Positions 19,072 to 28,633 of a DNA stretch of 64,000 nucleotides are shown here, piece by piece; within the stretch, counting starts at the first letter, position 1, and every line of letters starts with the position of its first letter. The DNA is from Pseudomonadota bacterium (GTDB lineage Bacteria > Pseudomonadota > Alphaproteobacteria > Rickettsiales > UBA6187), in assembly GCA_027620075.1 (NCBI GenBank), contig JAQCEY010000001.1, forward strand, positions 448,718 through 512,717. The letters run 5' to 3'. The position numbers were made by a program, and so were the translations under genes. The notes under the pieces are model-generated. The model did no database searches, was not told the DNA's origin, and saw only the letters and a list, made by a program, of their open reading frames with translations.

Positions 19072-20489
19072 TAGGCCTCACTTATTTCCAATTCTTGTTC
19101 TTCAATATTACTGTGAACATTCAACGATTTTATCTTTCTATGGAAAGCCGACCTTTCCATACCTACAAAATTAGCTGTACGTGATACATTACCGCCAAAC
19201 CTTTTTAATTGGGAAGAAAGATATTGCTTTTCAAACACCTCTCTTGCTGCTCTTAGCGGCAGCCCTATAATATCCTTACTTAAGCCGGAAGAATCCGACA
19301 TAGGCGTGTTCTGCAATATCTCCGGCGGCAGCATTGAAGATGTGATAGGTTCATTAGGGTCTTCAGGAGCCATAATTAACAGCCACTCAATAACGTTCCT
19401 TAACTGCCTTACATTACCCGGCCAATCATAAACTTCCATTGCTGCCATTGCGTTCTCACTTATTTTTCTAGGCACAACGCCCAACGTATCGGCACATCTT
19501 TTTACAAAATATTCAGAAAGCGGTTTTAAATCACCACTTCTTTCCACTAATGAAGGAACGTTCAGCGGCACTACGTTCAGCCTGTAAAAAAGGTCTTCCC
19601 TGAACCTTCCATTTTCTATTTCTTTTTGCAGATTTTTATTGGTAGATGATATTACCCTGACATCAACTTTAACCAAGCGGTTACCACCTACTCTTTCAAA
19701 GCTGTTTTCCTGCAATATCCTTAATATTTTTCCCTGAACTGCAAGAGGCATATCGGCTATCTCATCAAGGAATAACGTACCGCCGTGTGCTTTTTCAAAA
19801 GTCCCTATTTTTCTATTTTCTCCTAGACCTATCCCTGCGGCATCTTCTTTTCCGAATAACTCCTCTTCAACCCTTTCTGGCGAGATACTGGCGGCATTTA
19901 ATATGACGAAAGGACCATTCTTCCTTTTGGATTTTTGGTGGATTATTCTTGCTACAACTTCTTTACCGCATCCGGCAGGACCTTTTATCATTATACGGCT
20001 TTCAGCCGGAGCAACCCTATCAATCGCATTTTTTAAAGCAGTAACGGCGGGGGATTTTCCGATTAAATGATTTTCAATTCCTCCCCTTATTTTAAGCTGT
20101 GCATTCTCGTCCTTTAGCTTGGCGGTTTCTATCGCCCTTTTCACCAGACGTAATAACCTATCCTCTTTAAAAGGCTTTTCAATATAATCATATGCACCTA
20201 ATTTTATTGAATTAATAGCCGTTTCAATATTACCGTGTCCGCTAATCATAATTACAGGAAGATTCGGGTATTTGCTTTTTACCGCCTCTAAAATACCGAG
20301 TCCGTCAAGCTCACTTCCCTGTAGCCAGATATCAAGAACTATTGCAGCAGGAACCCTTTCCTTTACCGCTTCAATAGCTGTCTTGCTATCACTTGCCACC
20401 CTTGGCGAAAATCCATCATCTTTTAGTATGTCCGATATAAGATCTCTTATATCCTCTTCATCATCTACAACTAAAACATCTATTGACAT
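19071..20489 (-). CDS. ntrX: Response regulator NtrX (receiver + AAA+ + HTH)
   Basis: VLVVDDEEDIR...LDIWLQGSELDGL receiver domain and a GPAGCGKE Walker A. ELFGKEDAAGIG replaces the GAFTGA loop, as is usual for NtrX. Confidence 0.85.
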   Translation of the reverse strand: MSIDVLVVDDEEDIRDLISDILKDDGFSPRVASDSKTAIEAVKERVPAAIVLDIWLQGSELDGLGILEAVKSKYPNLPVIMISGHGNIETAINSIKLGAYDYIEKPFKEDRLLRLVKRAIETAKLKDENAQLKIRGGIENHLIGKSPAVTALKNAIDRVAPAESRIMIKGPAGCGKEVVARIIHQKSKRKNGPFVILNAASISPERVEEELFGKEDAAGIGLGENRKIGTFEKAHGGTLFLDEIADMPLAVQGKILRILQENSFERVGGNRLVKVDVRVISSTNKNLQKEIENGRFREDLFYRLNVVPLNVPSLVERSGDLKPLSEYFVKRCADTLGVVPRKISENAMAAMEVYDWPGNVRQLRNVIEWLLIMAPEDPNEPITSSMLPPEILQNTPMSDSSGLSKDIIGLPLRAAREVFEKQYLSSQLKRFGGNVSRTANFVGMERSAFHRKIKSLNVHSNIEEQELEISEA

Positions 20490-20539
20490 TCAAAAACCCT
20501 AAAAGTTAATTTTATACAGCTTGTCATACTAAACCTCAC

Positions 20540-22396
20540 TTAACGCTCTATAGGAAAAACGACACAAACACAAGCACCGTTTTCCACGTTAGAAAATATA
20601 AGCTCTCCACCATGATCTTCAATTATTTTCTTCACTATGGCAAGCCCCAACCCAGTTCCTTTGCTTTTTGTAGTAACGTAAGGCTCTGTAATTCTGTCAA
20701 TAACGCTCCGTTCAAAGCCTTTTCCGTTATCGACAATATTTATCATGCATTTATTTTCTTTTACATATACAACTACATTTATCCGACCGTGCCTTAATGC
20801 TTTATCTTTTTCCATACGCTCCGATATTGACTCTTCGGCATTTTTAATCAGGTTAGTCATAACACGAACCATCTGGTTGGTATCGCAATTTAAGATTACA
20901 GGTTTCTCCGGCATATCATAATCTATACTGATATTGCTGTTCGTTTCGCTCCTTGAGAAAATAACATCACTTATAAGAGAGCATATATCGTTATGTGAGA
21001 ATATCGGTGCGGGAATACGGGCAAAGCTTGAAAACTCCTCAACCATATTTCCTATAGAGCTTACATTGCGTGAAATAGTGTTTACATATTTTGTAAATTC
21101 CTCAGGGTTATCAAGCTGAGATGCATATTTCTTTTTTAGGCGGTCAGTCGCCAGTTGTATAGGTGTTAGAGGGTTTTTTATTTCATGTGCTATACGCCTT
21201 GCCACATCAGACCACGCAGAGCGCCTTTGTGCCGAAATAAGCTCGGTTCTCTGACGTTCAAGCTGTTCTGCCATTTTATTGAATGAACGTCCTAAAGTTG
21301 CCACTTCATCATTATCCCTTCCTTCAGAAACACGGGCGCTAAGATCTCCCTCACTCACTCTCTTGGTAGCTGCTATCAGCCCCCTTACGGGATTAACAAG
21401 GGCTAGTGCAAATATAAAACCGAACCACACCACCGCAAGTAATAACAACAACGCCACTATCAGGAAAATAATGAAGAATTTTATCTGCATATTAGAAACG
21501 CCGGACTCCAGCTTTTTATACTCGTTTGCCGCCCCTTCGGTTACCTCTATATGATTCATTATCTGAGTATCGACAAACCTCCCTACCAGCAGGTAAGAAT
21601 CAAAATAGTTCTCCAATCTCAATAATGCCATAACCCTGTCATCACGCTCATTGGTAAGTATAACAAGTTCTCCGTCCCTTGCCTGATTGAAAGTGTCTAT
21701 AGGCATATCCTCCAATATCATTTCCAATGAAAAACTAAGCTTGGTACGGGCAAGCAACAAGCTTCTGCCTTCATTTTTCTGGAACACTATCGCCTCAGGC
21801 AATTTCCTTACTCCGGCAAGGATAGCTAACTTCTGGCTAAAAGACCCCGGATCACGCCGCATATTATATGCGTCACGGTTTAAGTCCCTTGCCACACCCA
21901 AAATATCGGCAGCTATTATTTTTTTATGTTCTTCCAAATACAATCTGGCAATTTCCACCGAGCCGTCAATAGCCGTACTCACCTTTTTATCAAACCATGC
22001 CTGAATACCGTAATTAAAGAATATAAGCGAAAAAACCGCCATAACTATTGAAGGTACTATTGCTACCATTGAGAACATCAATACCATTCTCGCCTGTAGC
22101 ATAGACCCGACGGAACCTTTACGCCTTTCAACCACCAGCCGTACTATACGCCGTGCAACAACAGCAGTAAGTGAAAGTAAAAACACAATATCAACTACTA
22201 TCCAAACCAGAACATCTTTTGAGTCGGGAACTAAAGGATTTTCGTTATTGCTTATGGCAAAGTAAGTAGCCATCACCGAAAGAATGCTCGCCACAGCGAA
22301 TATTATCGACAGATTTTTCGTCCTGAAAGCCCTTCTTGACCACGCCTTGAAGCGTGCAAAATTAATATTCTTTAAATCTTTTGCCAATACATTCAT
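20540..22396 (-). CDS. ntrY: Sensor histidine kinase NtrY
   Basis: N-terminal TM segments, HAMP, H-box AHEIKNPLTPI, and an ATPase domain with DNGKGF and GTGLGLAIV. Confidence 0.85.
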   Translation of the reverse strand: MNVLAKDLKNINFARFKAWSRRAFRTKNLSIIFAVASILSVMATYFAISNNENPLVPDSKDVLVWIVVDIVFLLSLTAVVARRIVRLVVERRKGSVGSMLQARMVLMFSMVAIVPSIVMAVFSLIFFNYGIQAWFDKKVSTAIDGSVEIARLYLEEHKKIIAADILGVARDLNRDAYNMRRDPGSFSQKLAILAGVRKLPEAIVFQKNEGRSLLLARTKLSFSLEMILEDMPIDTFNQARDGELVILTNERDDRVMALLRLENYFDSYLLVGRFVDTQIMNHIEVTEGAANEYKKLESGVSNMQIKFFIIFLIVALLLLLAVVWFGFIFALALVNPVRGLIAATKRVSEGDLSARVSEGRDNDEVATLGRSFNKMAEQLERQRTELISAQRRSAWSDVARRIAHEIKNPLTPIQLATDRLKKKYASQLDNPEEFTKYVNTISRNVSSIGNMVEEFSSFARIPAPIFSHNDICSLISDVIFSRSETNSNISIDYDMPEKPVILNCDTNQMVRVMTNLIKNAEESISERMEKDKALRHGRINVVVYVKENKCMINIVDNGKGFERSVIDRITEPYVTTKSKGTGLGLAIVKKIIEDHGGELIFSNVENGACVCVVFPIER

Positions 22397-22438
22397 GTTA
22401 GCATATATACAGCATGATGATGCATAATTGCAACAACT

Positions 22439-23428
22439 TTAAGCAGCTAATTCCGACTCAAAAAGACCCTCATAAAATTCATTGATTTTCGCTTTAACAT
22501 CATGAACGGATTCTAATTTGTTATATTCGTTCCTGAACCTTGCACCGCCGTGCAGACCTGCACTATACCAGCCGACATGCTTCCTAAATAGTCTTATAGC
22601 GTTTATTTCGTTATAGTGAGATAACATTCCGTCAAGGTGAGTAAGGACTACGGCGTACTGCTGTTCAACGGTCGGGTCGGGTAATTTTTCGCCTGTTTTT
22701 AAATAATGAGATGCCTGATTAATTATCCACGGCTTTCCATATGCCCCCCTGCCTATCATCACCCCATCGGCTTTAGACAGCTCCAATGCTCTGTCAATAT
22801 CATCATAAGTTTTTATGTCACCATTTGCTATAACAGGAATATTAACCGCTTCTTTTACTTTAGAAATAAACTCCCAGTCAGCACTTCCATTATACATCTG
22901 GCATCTGGTACGCCCGTGAATCACTATCATTTTTATGCCCAGTTCTTCAGCGGCTTTAGCAAGTTTAGGGGCGTTCAAATGCTCCCTGTTCCAGCCCATA
23001 CGCATTTTCAAGGTAACAGGCACTTTAACCGCATTAGTAACCGCTTCCAGTATCGCTATCGCCTTACACTCATCTTTCATCAGTGCCGAGCCGGCATAGC
23101 CGTTGACTACCTTTTTAACCGGACAGCCGTAATTAAGGTCGATTATCTTTGCTCCCATATCCTCATTTAACCGAGCAGCCTCCGCCATTTTATCAGGGTC
23201 ATTTCCGGCAAGCTGTACCGAGGTCATATCCTCTATGGGTGACATTTCACATTTTAACAAACTATCTCTTGTCTGGCGTATCATGGCCTCGGAAGCTATC
23301 ATCTCCGACACCATAAGCCCGGCTCCGAACCCTTTTACAAGCTCACGGAACGGTTTATCGGTCACTCCCGACATAGGTGCAAGTATAACATTATCTTTTA
23401 ATTCAAATTCACCGATTCTTATTGGCAT
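22439..23428 (-). CDS. dusB: tRNA-dihydrouridine synthase B
   Basis: LAPMSGVTDKPFR...IDLNYGCPVKKV...TLKMRMGW...IHGRTR. Confidence 0.9.
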   Translation of the reverse strand: MPIRIGEFELKDNVILAPMSGVTDKPFRELVKGFGAGLMVSEMIASEAMIRQTRDSLLKCEMSPIEDMTSVQLAGNDPDKMAEAARLNEDMGAKIIDLNYGCPVKKVVNGYAGSALMKDECKAIAILEAVTNAVKVPVTLKMRMGWNREHLNAPKLAKAAEELGIKMIVIHGRTRCQMYNGSADWEFISKVKEAVNIPVIANGDIKTYDDIDRALELSKADGVMIGRGAYGKPWIINQASHYLKTGEKLPDPTVEQQYAVVLTHLDGMLSHYNEINAIRLFRKHVGWYSAGLHGGARFRNEYNKLESVHDVKAKINEFYEGLFESELAA

Positions 23429-23515
23429 TTATTAATATCCGAGCTTTTAAAAAACGGCATTATAATAAAAAAAGCCCCAATAGTAAACGCAATATTTGTA
23501 TTACATCAAGATTTA

Positions 23516-24496
23516 TTATGCGACTTTCCGACCTTTTTCCTTAGTTGAAGAGCTTGTATTAATTCCAAGAATGTTTTCTTCATCCATTTTCATAAAGCGA
23601 CATAACATCTTAATACGTGTCATACAAATATTATAACGCCTTAAATCGTGTTCCTGCAATAATTCGCTGTTAAGTGAGACCGCCATAGGAATAGATAATA
23701 CATCTTTTATATAACGCCGTACTATCTCATCTGAAATATAGAAACTATTTAGGCTAATAGCATCTTCTAAGGTATATGCACGATGCCACCATTTATGTGG
23801 AACGTACAACGTATCCCCCTTTTGTACACGATAATGCATAACGTTATTATCGGGGTTTCTTAAAAATTCTTCGTAATCGGGTTCACCGTCATCTTTGGCA
23901 AATAAACAGGCATTCTTATCAAATAACATCCACTCCTTACAGCCCTTTATCTGGCTAACCCAGATGTTTGAATAGACACTATCATCATGTATCGGGGTAC
24001 AAGCACCTTTAGAACCAAGCCATAAAGTAGAGTTTACATATCCGAATAGCCTCAGATTCTCATCATTTTCAAAATGAGGAGGAATAGTAAAATCTTCTAA
24101 AATAGCCGGACAATCATACTGAAACCACCATTCCTGCAAATAAACCGGCTTATCGGTTGAAGCACTTTTAATTTGCCTAATTCCTTCTTTTAAAGAAGAT
24201 TTTTCAGTCTTTTTAATATCATAAAGATCCATCACTACATTAGCATCAGCAAAATTATTTGCAAAATAATCAAAATCCCATTTAGAATATGCCGACCAGC
24301 CGTCAAGCAGTCCTTTTATAACGACCGGTTTGTTTTGTAATACATATTTTTCATAAAACAGCTCCGGACTAATGTTAGTCTCCACAGCTACTTGAGGACA
24401 ATTATTAAGTATTTTCTCCCCTAAAAATTTCCTGATATCCGATTCTAGACGAACTCTTTCCAATAATATCTTTTTCTGCACTTGCAACACCTTCAT
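23516..24496 (-). CDS. JmjC / cupin-8 domain protein (putative Fe(II)/2-oxoglutarate oxygenase)
   Basis: LWLGSKGACTPIHDD (HxD), NIWVSQIKGCKEWMLF and GDTLYVPHKWWHRAYTLEDAISLNSF (distal His) follow the FIH/JmjC cupin pattern. Confidence 0.7.
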   Translation of the reverse strand: MKVLQVQKKILLERVRLESDIRKFLGEKILNNCPQVAVETNISPELFYEKYVLQNKPVVIKGLLDGWSAYSKWDFDYFANNFADANVVMDLYDIKKTEKSSLKEGIRQIKSASTDKPVYLQEWWFQYDCPAILEDFTIPPHFENDENLRLFGYVNSTLWLGSKGACTPIHDDSVYSNIWVSQIKGCKEWMLFDKNACLFAKDDGEPDYEEFLRNPDNNVMHYRVQKGDTLYVPHKWWHRAYTLEDAISLNSFYISDEIVRRYIKDVLSIPMAVSLNSELLQEHDLRRYNICMTRIKMLCRFMKMDEENILGINTSSSTKEKGRKVA

Positions 24497-24509
24497 TTAA
24501 AATAATAAA

Positions 24510-24657
24510 GGCATTGCTAACTAAACACAGCTTTTGTCATACTGAATTTATTTCAGTATCTTTTTGTCCAATAGCAGATGCTGAAACAAGTTCGGCATGA
24601 CGCAAATATTAACAATTTTGATATTAACTACAAAAACTATGTTTAGTTAACAATGCC
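24510..24657. mobile_element. 148-bp MITE-like element with 26-bp terminal inverted repeats and an 8-bp target-site duplication
   Basis: Left TIR ggcattgctaactaaacacagctttt (24510-24535) matches the reverse complement of the right TIR aaaaactatgtttagttaacaatgcc (24632-24657) at 23/26. It is flanked by a direct ATAATAAA at 24502-24509 and 24658-24665. Internal hairpins are atactgaa-N5-ttcagtat and atgctgaa-N5-ttcggcat. Confidence 0.7.
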
Positions 24658-24765
24658 ATAATAAACATATCTTTAACCAGTTATACTTTCAGCAGAAAAT
24701 ATGTAAACAACTTTCTACGCTCTTCTTACTTTACACAACTCCACTATTAAATTATCTTGTCTTGC

Positions 24766-25932
24766 ATGAACAAACTTAAAACATATTGTCTTATAGTTGC
24801 CGCAGGACACGGCACAAGAACCGGTAGCACTACGCCCAAGCAATATATGAATTTGCATGGAATGCCCATGCTACGCCATACGGTTCAGGTGTTCCTCAAC
24901 AATCCGAACATTGACGGCGTTTTAGTCGTATATAATCCTAACCATAAAGACCTTTATGACTTTGCAGTCGGCGACCTTGAGATACTTCCTCCGACATCAG
25001 GCGGCATAACCCGTCAGGAATCGGTGTGGCACGGACTGGAAGCTTTGAAGGAGTATAAGCCGCATAAGGTTTTAATACATGATGCCGCACGTCCTTTGGT
25101 ATCTGACCGGATAATAAATTCCGTAATTGATGCCGTAAGAGAGAATGTAGCCGTTATACCTGCCGTTGCGGTTGAGGATACACTAAAAAAATATGAGAAC
25201 GGCAAAGTAACCGACACTATTGACCGCACACAAATGATAAGGGCGCAGACACCGCAAGGGTTCATCTATAAAGAAATATTAAATTGCCATAATGAAGTTA
25301 AGGGCAGAAACTTTACCGATGATGCTGCTATAAAAGAATATTTAGGTGAAGATGTAATAACTGTTGACGGCTCACAACTCAACTTTAAAATTACAACGGA
25401 AGAAGATTTTGAACGGGCAGAAAGGATAATGAGCATTAAACATAAAACTACGGTAGGGCTGGGCTTTGACGTTCACAGATTTTGCGAACCTAAATCCGAT
25501 GTAAATAAAATCATGCTTTGCGGAGTCGAAGTTGAACACGACAAAAGCCTTGAAGGTCATTCAGATGCCGATGTTGCTATCCATGCCGTAGTTGATGCGT
25601 TACTGGGTGCTATATCCGAGGGGGATATCGGTGAGCATTTCCCTGCATCTGATGAAAAATTTAAAGATATGTCATCAGATATGTTCCTTGAACACGCATG
25701 TAGTCTTGTTGCAAAAAAACACGGTGTAATAAATAATATTGACATAACCGTCATATGTGAATCACCTAAAATATCAAAATATAAGAAAGATATGGAAAAA
25801 CGCATTGCCCAAATAGCAGGAATTGATTATACAAATGTAAATGTTAAGGCAACAACAACTGAAAAACTAGGTTTTACAGGTCGTGGTGAAGGTATTGCGG
25901 CACAGGCTGTTGTAAGCGTAGATATGCATTAA
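24766..25932 (+). CDS. ispDF: Bifunctional IspD/IspF (MEP cytidylyltransferase / MEcPP synthase)
   Basis: N-terminal IVAAGHGTR and C-terminal GLGFDVHRF...GHSDADVAIHA. ATG at 24766 is preferred over the upstream TTG at 24757. Confidence 0.9.
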   Translation: MNKLKTYCLIVAAGHGTRTGSTTPKQYMNLHGMPMLRHTVQVFLNNPNIDGVLVVYNPNHKDLYDFAVGDLEILPPTSGGITRQESVWHGLEALKEYKPHKVLIHDAARPLVSDRIINSVIDAVRENVAVIPAVAVEDTLKKYENGKVTDTIDRTQMIRAQTPQGFIYKEILNCHNEVKGRNFTDDAAIKEYLGEDVITVDGSQLNFKITTEEDFERAERIMSIKHKTTVGLGFDVHRFCEPKSDVNKIMLCGVEVEHDKSLEGHSDADVAIHAVVDALLGAISEGDIGEHFPASDEKFKDMSSDMFLEHACSLVAKKHGVINNIDITVICESPKISKYKKDMEKRIAQIAGIDYTNVNVKATTTEKLGFTGRGEGIAAQAVVSVDMH

Positions 25933-25940
25933 TAATAGGC

Positions 25941-26663
25941 ATGGCAATGACAAAAAACACCGAAGAAACGCAAAAAACGGAAACTCCCAAAGGAATATCT
26001 CGGTATCACCCTGCATTTATAATCGCTACGTGGTTCGGTTCGGGAAAGATTCCTTTTGCACCGGGTACTATGGGCAGCTTTTTCACTTTCCCGCTTTTTA
26101 TTTTATCGCATGTACTTTTTATATTTGCAGATACACAAGAAGAATTTACCAATCTGTATTTATTATGCATAACTTTATTATTCATTATCGGTCAGTGGGC
26201 TACGTCCGTCTATATGAAACGCACCGGCAGACAGGACCCTAAAGAGGTCGTAATAGATGAAGTTGTCGGTCAAATGCTGGTTTTTTTCTCCGGCTTTGTA
26301 CTGGTAGCAACTGCATTACCTATTTTCCATATACTTTATTCCGTTGATGATAAGATACGCTTTTCCATTGACAACCTACAGGACTTGCAAGATTTTTTCA
26401 TTAACAGTGCGATTTTCATTCCTTATACGGTAATGATATCCGTCGTATCACTGGTAGGTTTTATTTTGTTCCGTATCTTTGATATATGGAAACCTTGGCC
26501 TATTAAATGGTGCGACAAAAATATAAAAAGCAGCTTCGGCGTAATGTTCGATGATATTTTTGCAGCCGTTTATGCAATAATCGTAATGTATTTAATTGCC
26601 ATGTTATTGGCATCGGGATTTTTTGCTTATAATGGTGTTGAAAATTTTCCGGCACCACAATAA
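25941..26663 (+). CDS. pgpA: Phosphatidylglycerophosphatase A
   Basis: GSGKIPFAPGTMGS...DEVVGQ...FRIFDIWKPWPI are PgpA motifs. Confidence 0.8.
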   Translation: MAMTKNTEETQKTETPKGISRYHPAFIIATWFGSGKIPFAPGTMGSFFTFPLFILSHVLFIFADTQEEFTNLYLLCITLLFIIGQWATSVYMKRTGRQDPKEVVIDEVVGQMLVFFSGFVLVATALPIFHILYSVDDKIRFSIDNLQDLQDFFINSAIFIPYTVMISVVSLVGFILFRIFDIWKPWPIKWCDKNIKSSFGVMFDDIFAAVYAIIVMYLIAMLLASGFFAYNGVENFPAPQ

Positions 26664-27170
26664 ATGTCAACAGGAAGGGATATGTTTTCATCTGAGATAA
26701 CGGGAAAAGCACACGAGGTTCTCAAAACCCTAAGGAAACGGGAATACAGGCTTGCTACCGCAGAATCATGCACAGGCGGTCTATTATCGGCGGCACTAAC
26801 CGAAATCCCCAACTCATCGGAAGTTTTCGAAAGAGGTTATGTTACTTATTCTAATGAATCAAAAGTAGAACTCCTGACCGTGCCTACTTATTATATAGAA
26901 GATTTCGGTGCGGTAAGTTTTCAGACTGCCATCGCTATGGCAGAGGGTGCTTTACTTATGTCGAGGGCGGATATTTCCGTTTCAATAACAGGTGTTGCAG
27001 GTCCGGACGGAGGCACGAGGCGAACTCCGGTCGGAACGGTCTATATAGCAACTGCATATCAGGGGCATGAAACAGTTTATGAATTACACAGCTTTTCAGG
27101 CAGCCGTAATTCCATAAGGGAAAAAGCGGTTTTTACCGCTTTAGAAATGATACTAAAAAGAATAGATTAG
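26664..27170 (+). CDS. CinA C-terminal domain protein (nicotinamide-nucleotide amidohydrolase PncC-like)
   Basis: LATAESCTGGLLSAALT...SITGVAGPDGG. Confidence 0.85.
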   Translation: MSTGRDMFSSEITGKAHEVLKTLRKREYRLATAESCTGGLLSAALTEIPNSSEVFERGYVTYSNESKVELLTVPTYYIEDFGAVSFQTAIAMAEGALLMSRADISVSITGVAGPDGGTRRTPVGTVYIATAYQGHETVYELHSFSGSRNSIREKAVFTALEMILKRID

Positions 27171-27173
27171 CAT

Positions 27174-27614
27174 TTAAGCCTTCTCTTTACACAACTGGTC
27201 GGCACGTTTTGTAAATGCGTCCATCATTTTCTTACACGCCTCATCGAACATCATATCGGCTATTTTTTCTAAGAAAAAATTACGTATCTTAAAGTCAATG
27301 TCGAACTCCACCCTTGTACCTTCAGGGACTTTTATGAACTTCCACCCCTGATATAAATGATGAAAAGGTCCTTGTGCCAGCTCTACGGAAATTTCCTTTT
27401 CTGTTTCATCAATCAATACACGTGAAGTATATTTCCCCGTAACACCCCTGAAACGTATCACCAGATCGGCAAGAACGGCATCGCCATCACGTTCATATAT
27501 CCTTGCGTTTTCACACCAAGGTATGAATTTGGGATAGCTTTCAATATCCGCCACCAAATCAAATAATTGCTTTGGCGTATAAGGTAATATTTTCTCAATA
27601 TAATGCGTAGGCAT
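27174..27614 (-). CDS. SRPBCC family protein (RatA / COQ10-like ubiquinone-binding)
   Basis: 146 aa with LFDLVADIESYPKFIPWC, typical of the RatA/COQ10 polyketide-cyclase-like family. Confidence 0.75.
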   Translation of the reverse strand: MPTHYIEKILPYTPKQLFDLVADIESYPKFIPWCENARIYERDGDAVLADLVIRFRGVTGKYTSRVLIDETEKEISVELAQGPFHHLYQGWKFIKVPEGTRVEFDIDFKIRNFFLEKIADMMFDEACKKMMDAFTKRADQLCKEKA

Positions 27615-27729
27615 AAAATGCAGACCTATCAGTTCTTTAACTTAAGTAGTTATTTCTACATTATTTTAATTCGATTTTGAATTAAAATATCAGGATATAT
27701 ACACTTTTTTGCTCCCCTCGGGCGAAGGA

Positions 27730-27785
27730 GATAATGATTCTCATTGACATAAAGTGTAATGCGAGCTATAATAATAATCACTATC
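27730..27785 (+). promoter_or_regulatory. Consensus sigma-70 promoter of bfd-bfr overlapped by two Fur-box-like sites
   Basis: TTGACA (27744-27749), a 17-nt spacer, then TATAAT (27767-27772). gataatgattctcattgac (27730-27748) matches GATAATGATAATCATTATC at 15/19, and tataataataatcactatc (27767-27785) matches at 16/19. Confidence 0.6.
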
Positions 27786-27804
27786 AATTAATGTAGGTTA
27801 TAAT

Positions 27805-28002
27805 ATGTATATATGTATATGTAACGCCCTAAAAGAAAAAGATTTAAAAAGGCTTTGCAAAACCAAATGCCCTAAAGACGGCGAGTCTGTAATTAAAGAG
27901 GCGGGTTGCAAGGTTGAATGCGGTCAGTGCCTTGATTACATTGATAGTTTTATGCTCGGTTCAATTATGGACGAAAATATTAACAATCCGAGTATTGCAT
28001 AA
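27805..28002 (+). CDS. bfd: Bacterioferritin-associated ferredoxin (BFD-like [2Fe-2S])
   Basis: MYICICN...CGQC Cys pattern, immediately upstream of bfr. Confidence 0.85.
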   Translation: MYICICNALKEKDLKRLCKTKCPKDGESVIKEAGCKVECGQCLDYIDSFMLGSIMDENINNPSIA

Positions 28003-28055
28003 TTTCCGTTAATTGCTATGTTGGACTAACATTATAAATAAACGAGTACGAAATT

Positions 28056-28517
28056 ATGTCCGATAAAGCGGTAATATCTCAGCTAAATATCATTTTAAAA
28101 AACGAACTAACTGCCATTAATCAATATTTTCTACATGCAAGAATATTAGAGCATAAGGGGTTTCATTCTTTATGTGCAAAGGTAAAAGCAGAGTCCATTG
28201 ACGAAATGAAGCACTCTGACGTTATAATTCAACGTATATTATTCTTAGAAGGACTTCCCAATTTGCAGGATTTGGGAAAATTGATGATAGGCGAAACACC
28301 AAAAGAAATGCTTGAATGCGACTTAAAGTTAGAAGACAAAGCAATTGCAGACCTTAAACAAGCTATCGGCGTAGCAGATGACGCAGGCGACAGGGTTACG
28401 GTTAATTTACTCGAAGATATCCTTGCATCTGAAGAAGAACATCAAGACTGGCTAAGACAGCAATTATCGGTTATAGAAAATATAGGCATTGAAAATTATC
28501 TGCAATCGCAAGTCTAA
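28056..28517 (+). CDS. bfr: Bacterioferritin
   Basis: ISQLNIILKNELTAINQYFLHARI...ESIDEMKHSD...EEEHQDWL are ferroxidase-centre residues plus the heme-ligand Met. Confidence 0.9.
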   Translation: MSDKAVISQLNIILKNELTAINQYFLHARILEHKGFHSLCAKVKAESIDEMKHSDVIIQRILFLEGLPNLQDLGKLMIGETPKEMLECDLKLEDKAIADLKQAIGVADDAGDRVTVNLLEDILASEEEHQDWLRQQLSVIENIGIENYLQSQV

Positions 28518-28633
28518 AAAATAAGCCGTACTTTTATAGTATTTTCTAACGTGTAAATTCACTTAGATTACACTCATGCAAAAGATATATTCGCTGACTT
28601 AAAACTTTACGGCACGTGAAGGATAAGAAGAAA

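Noticed and set aside
28523-28615. Distant inverted repeat (gccgtactttta ... taaaactttacggc) between the convergent bfr and hypothetical genes.
   Set aside because: The arms are imperfect with a loop of about 60 nt and no T-run, so there is too little evidence to call a terminator.
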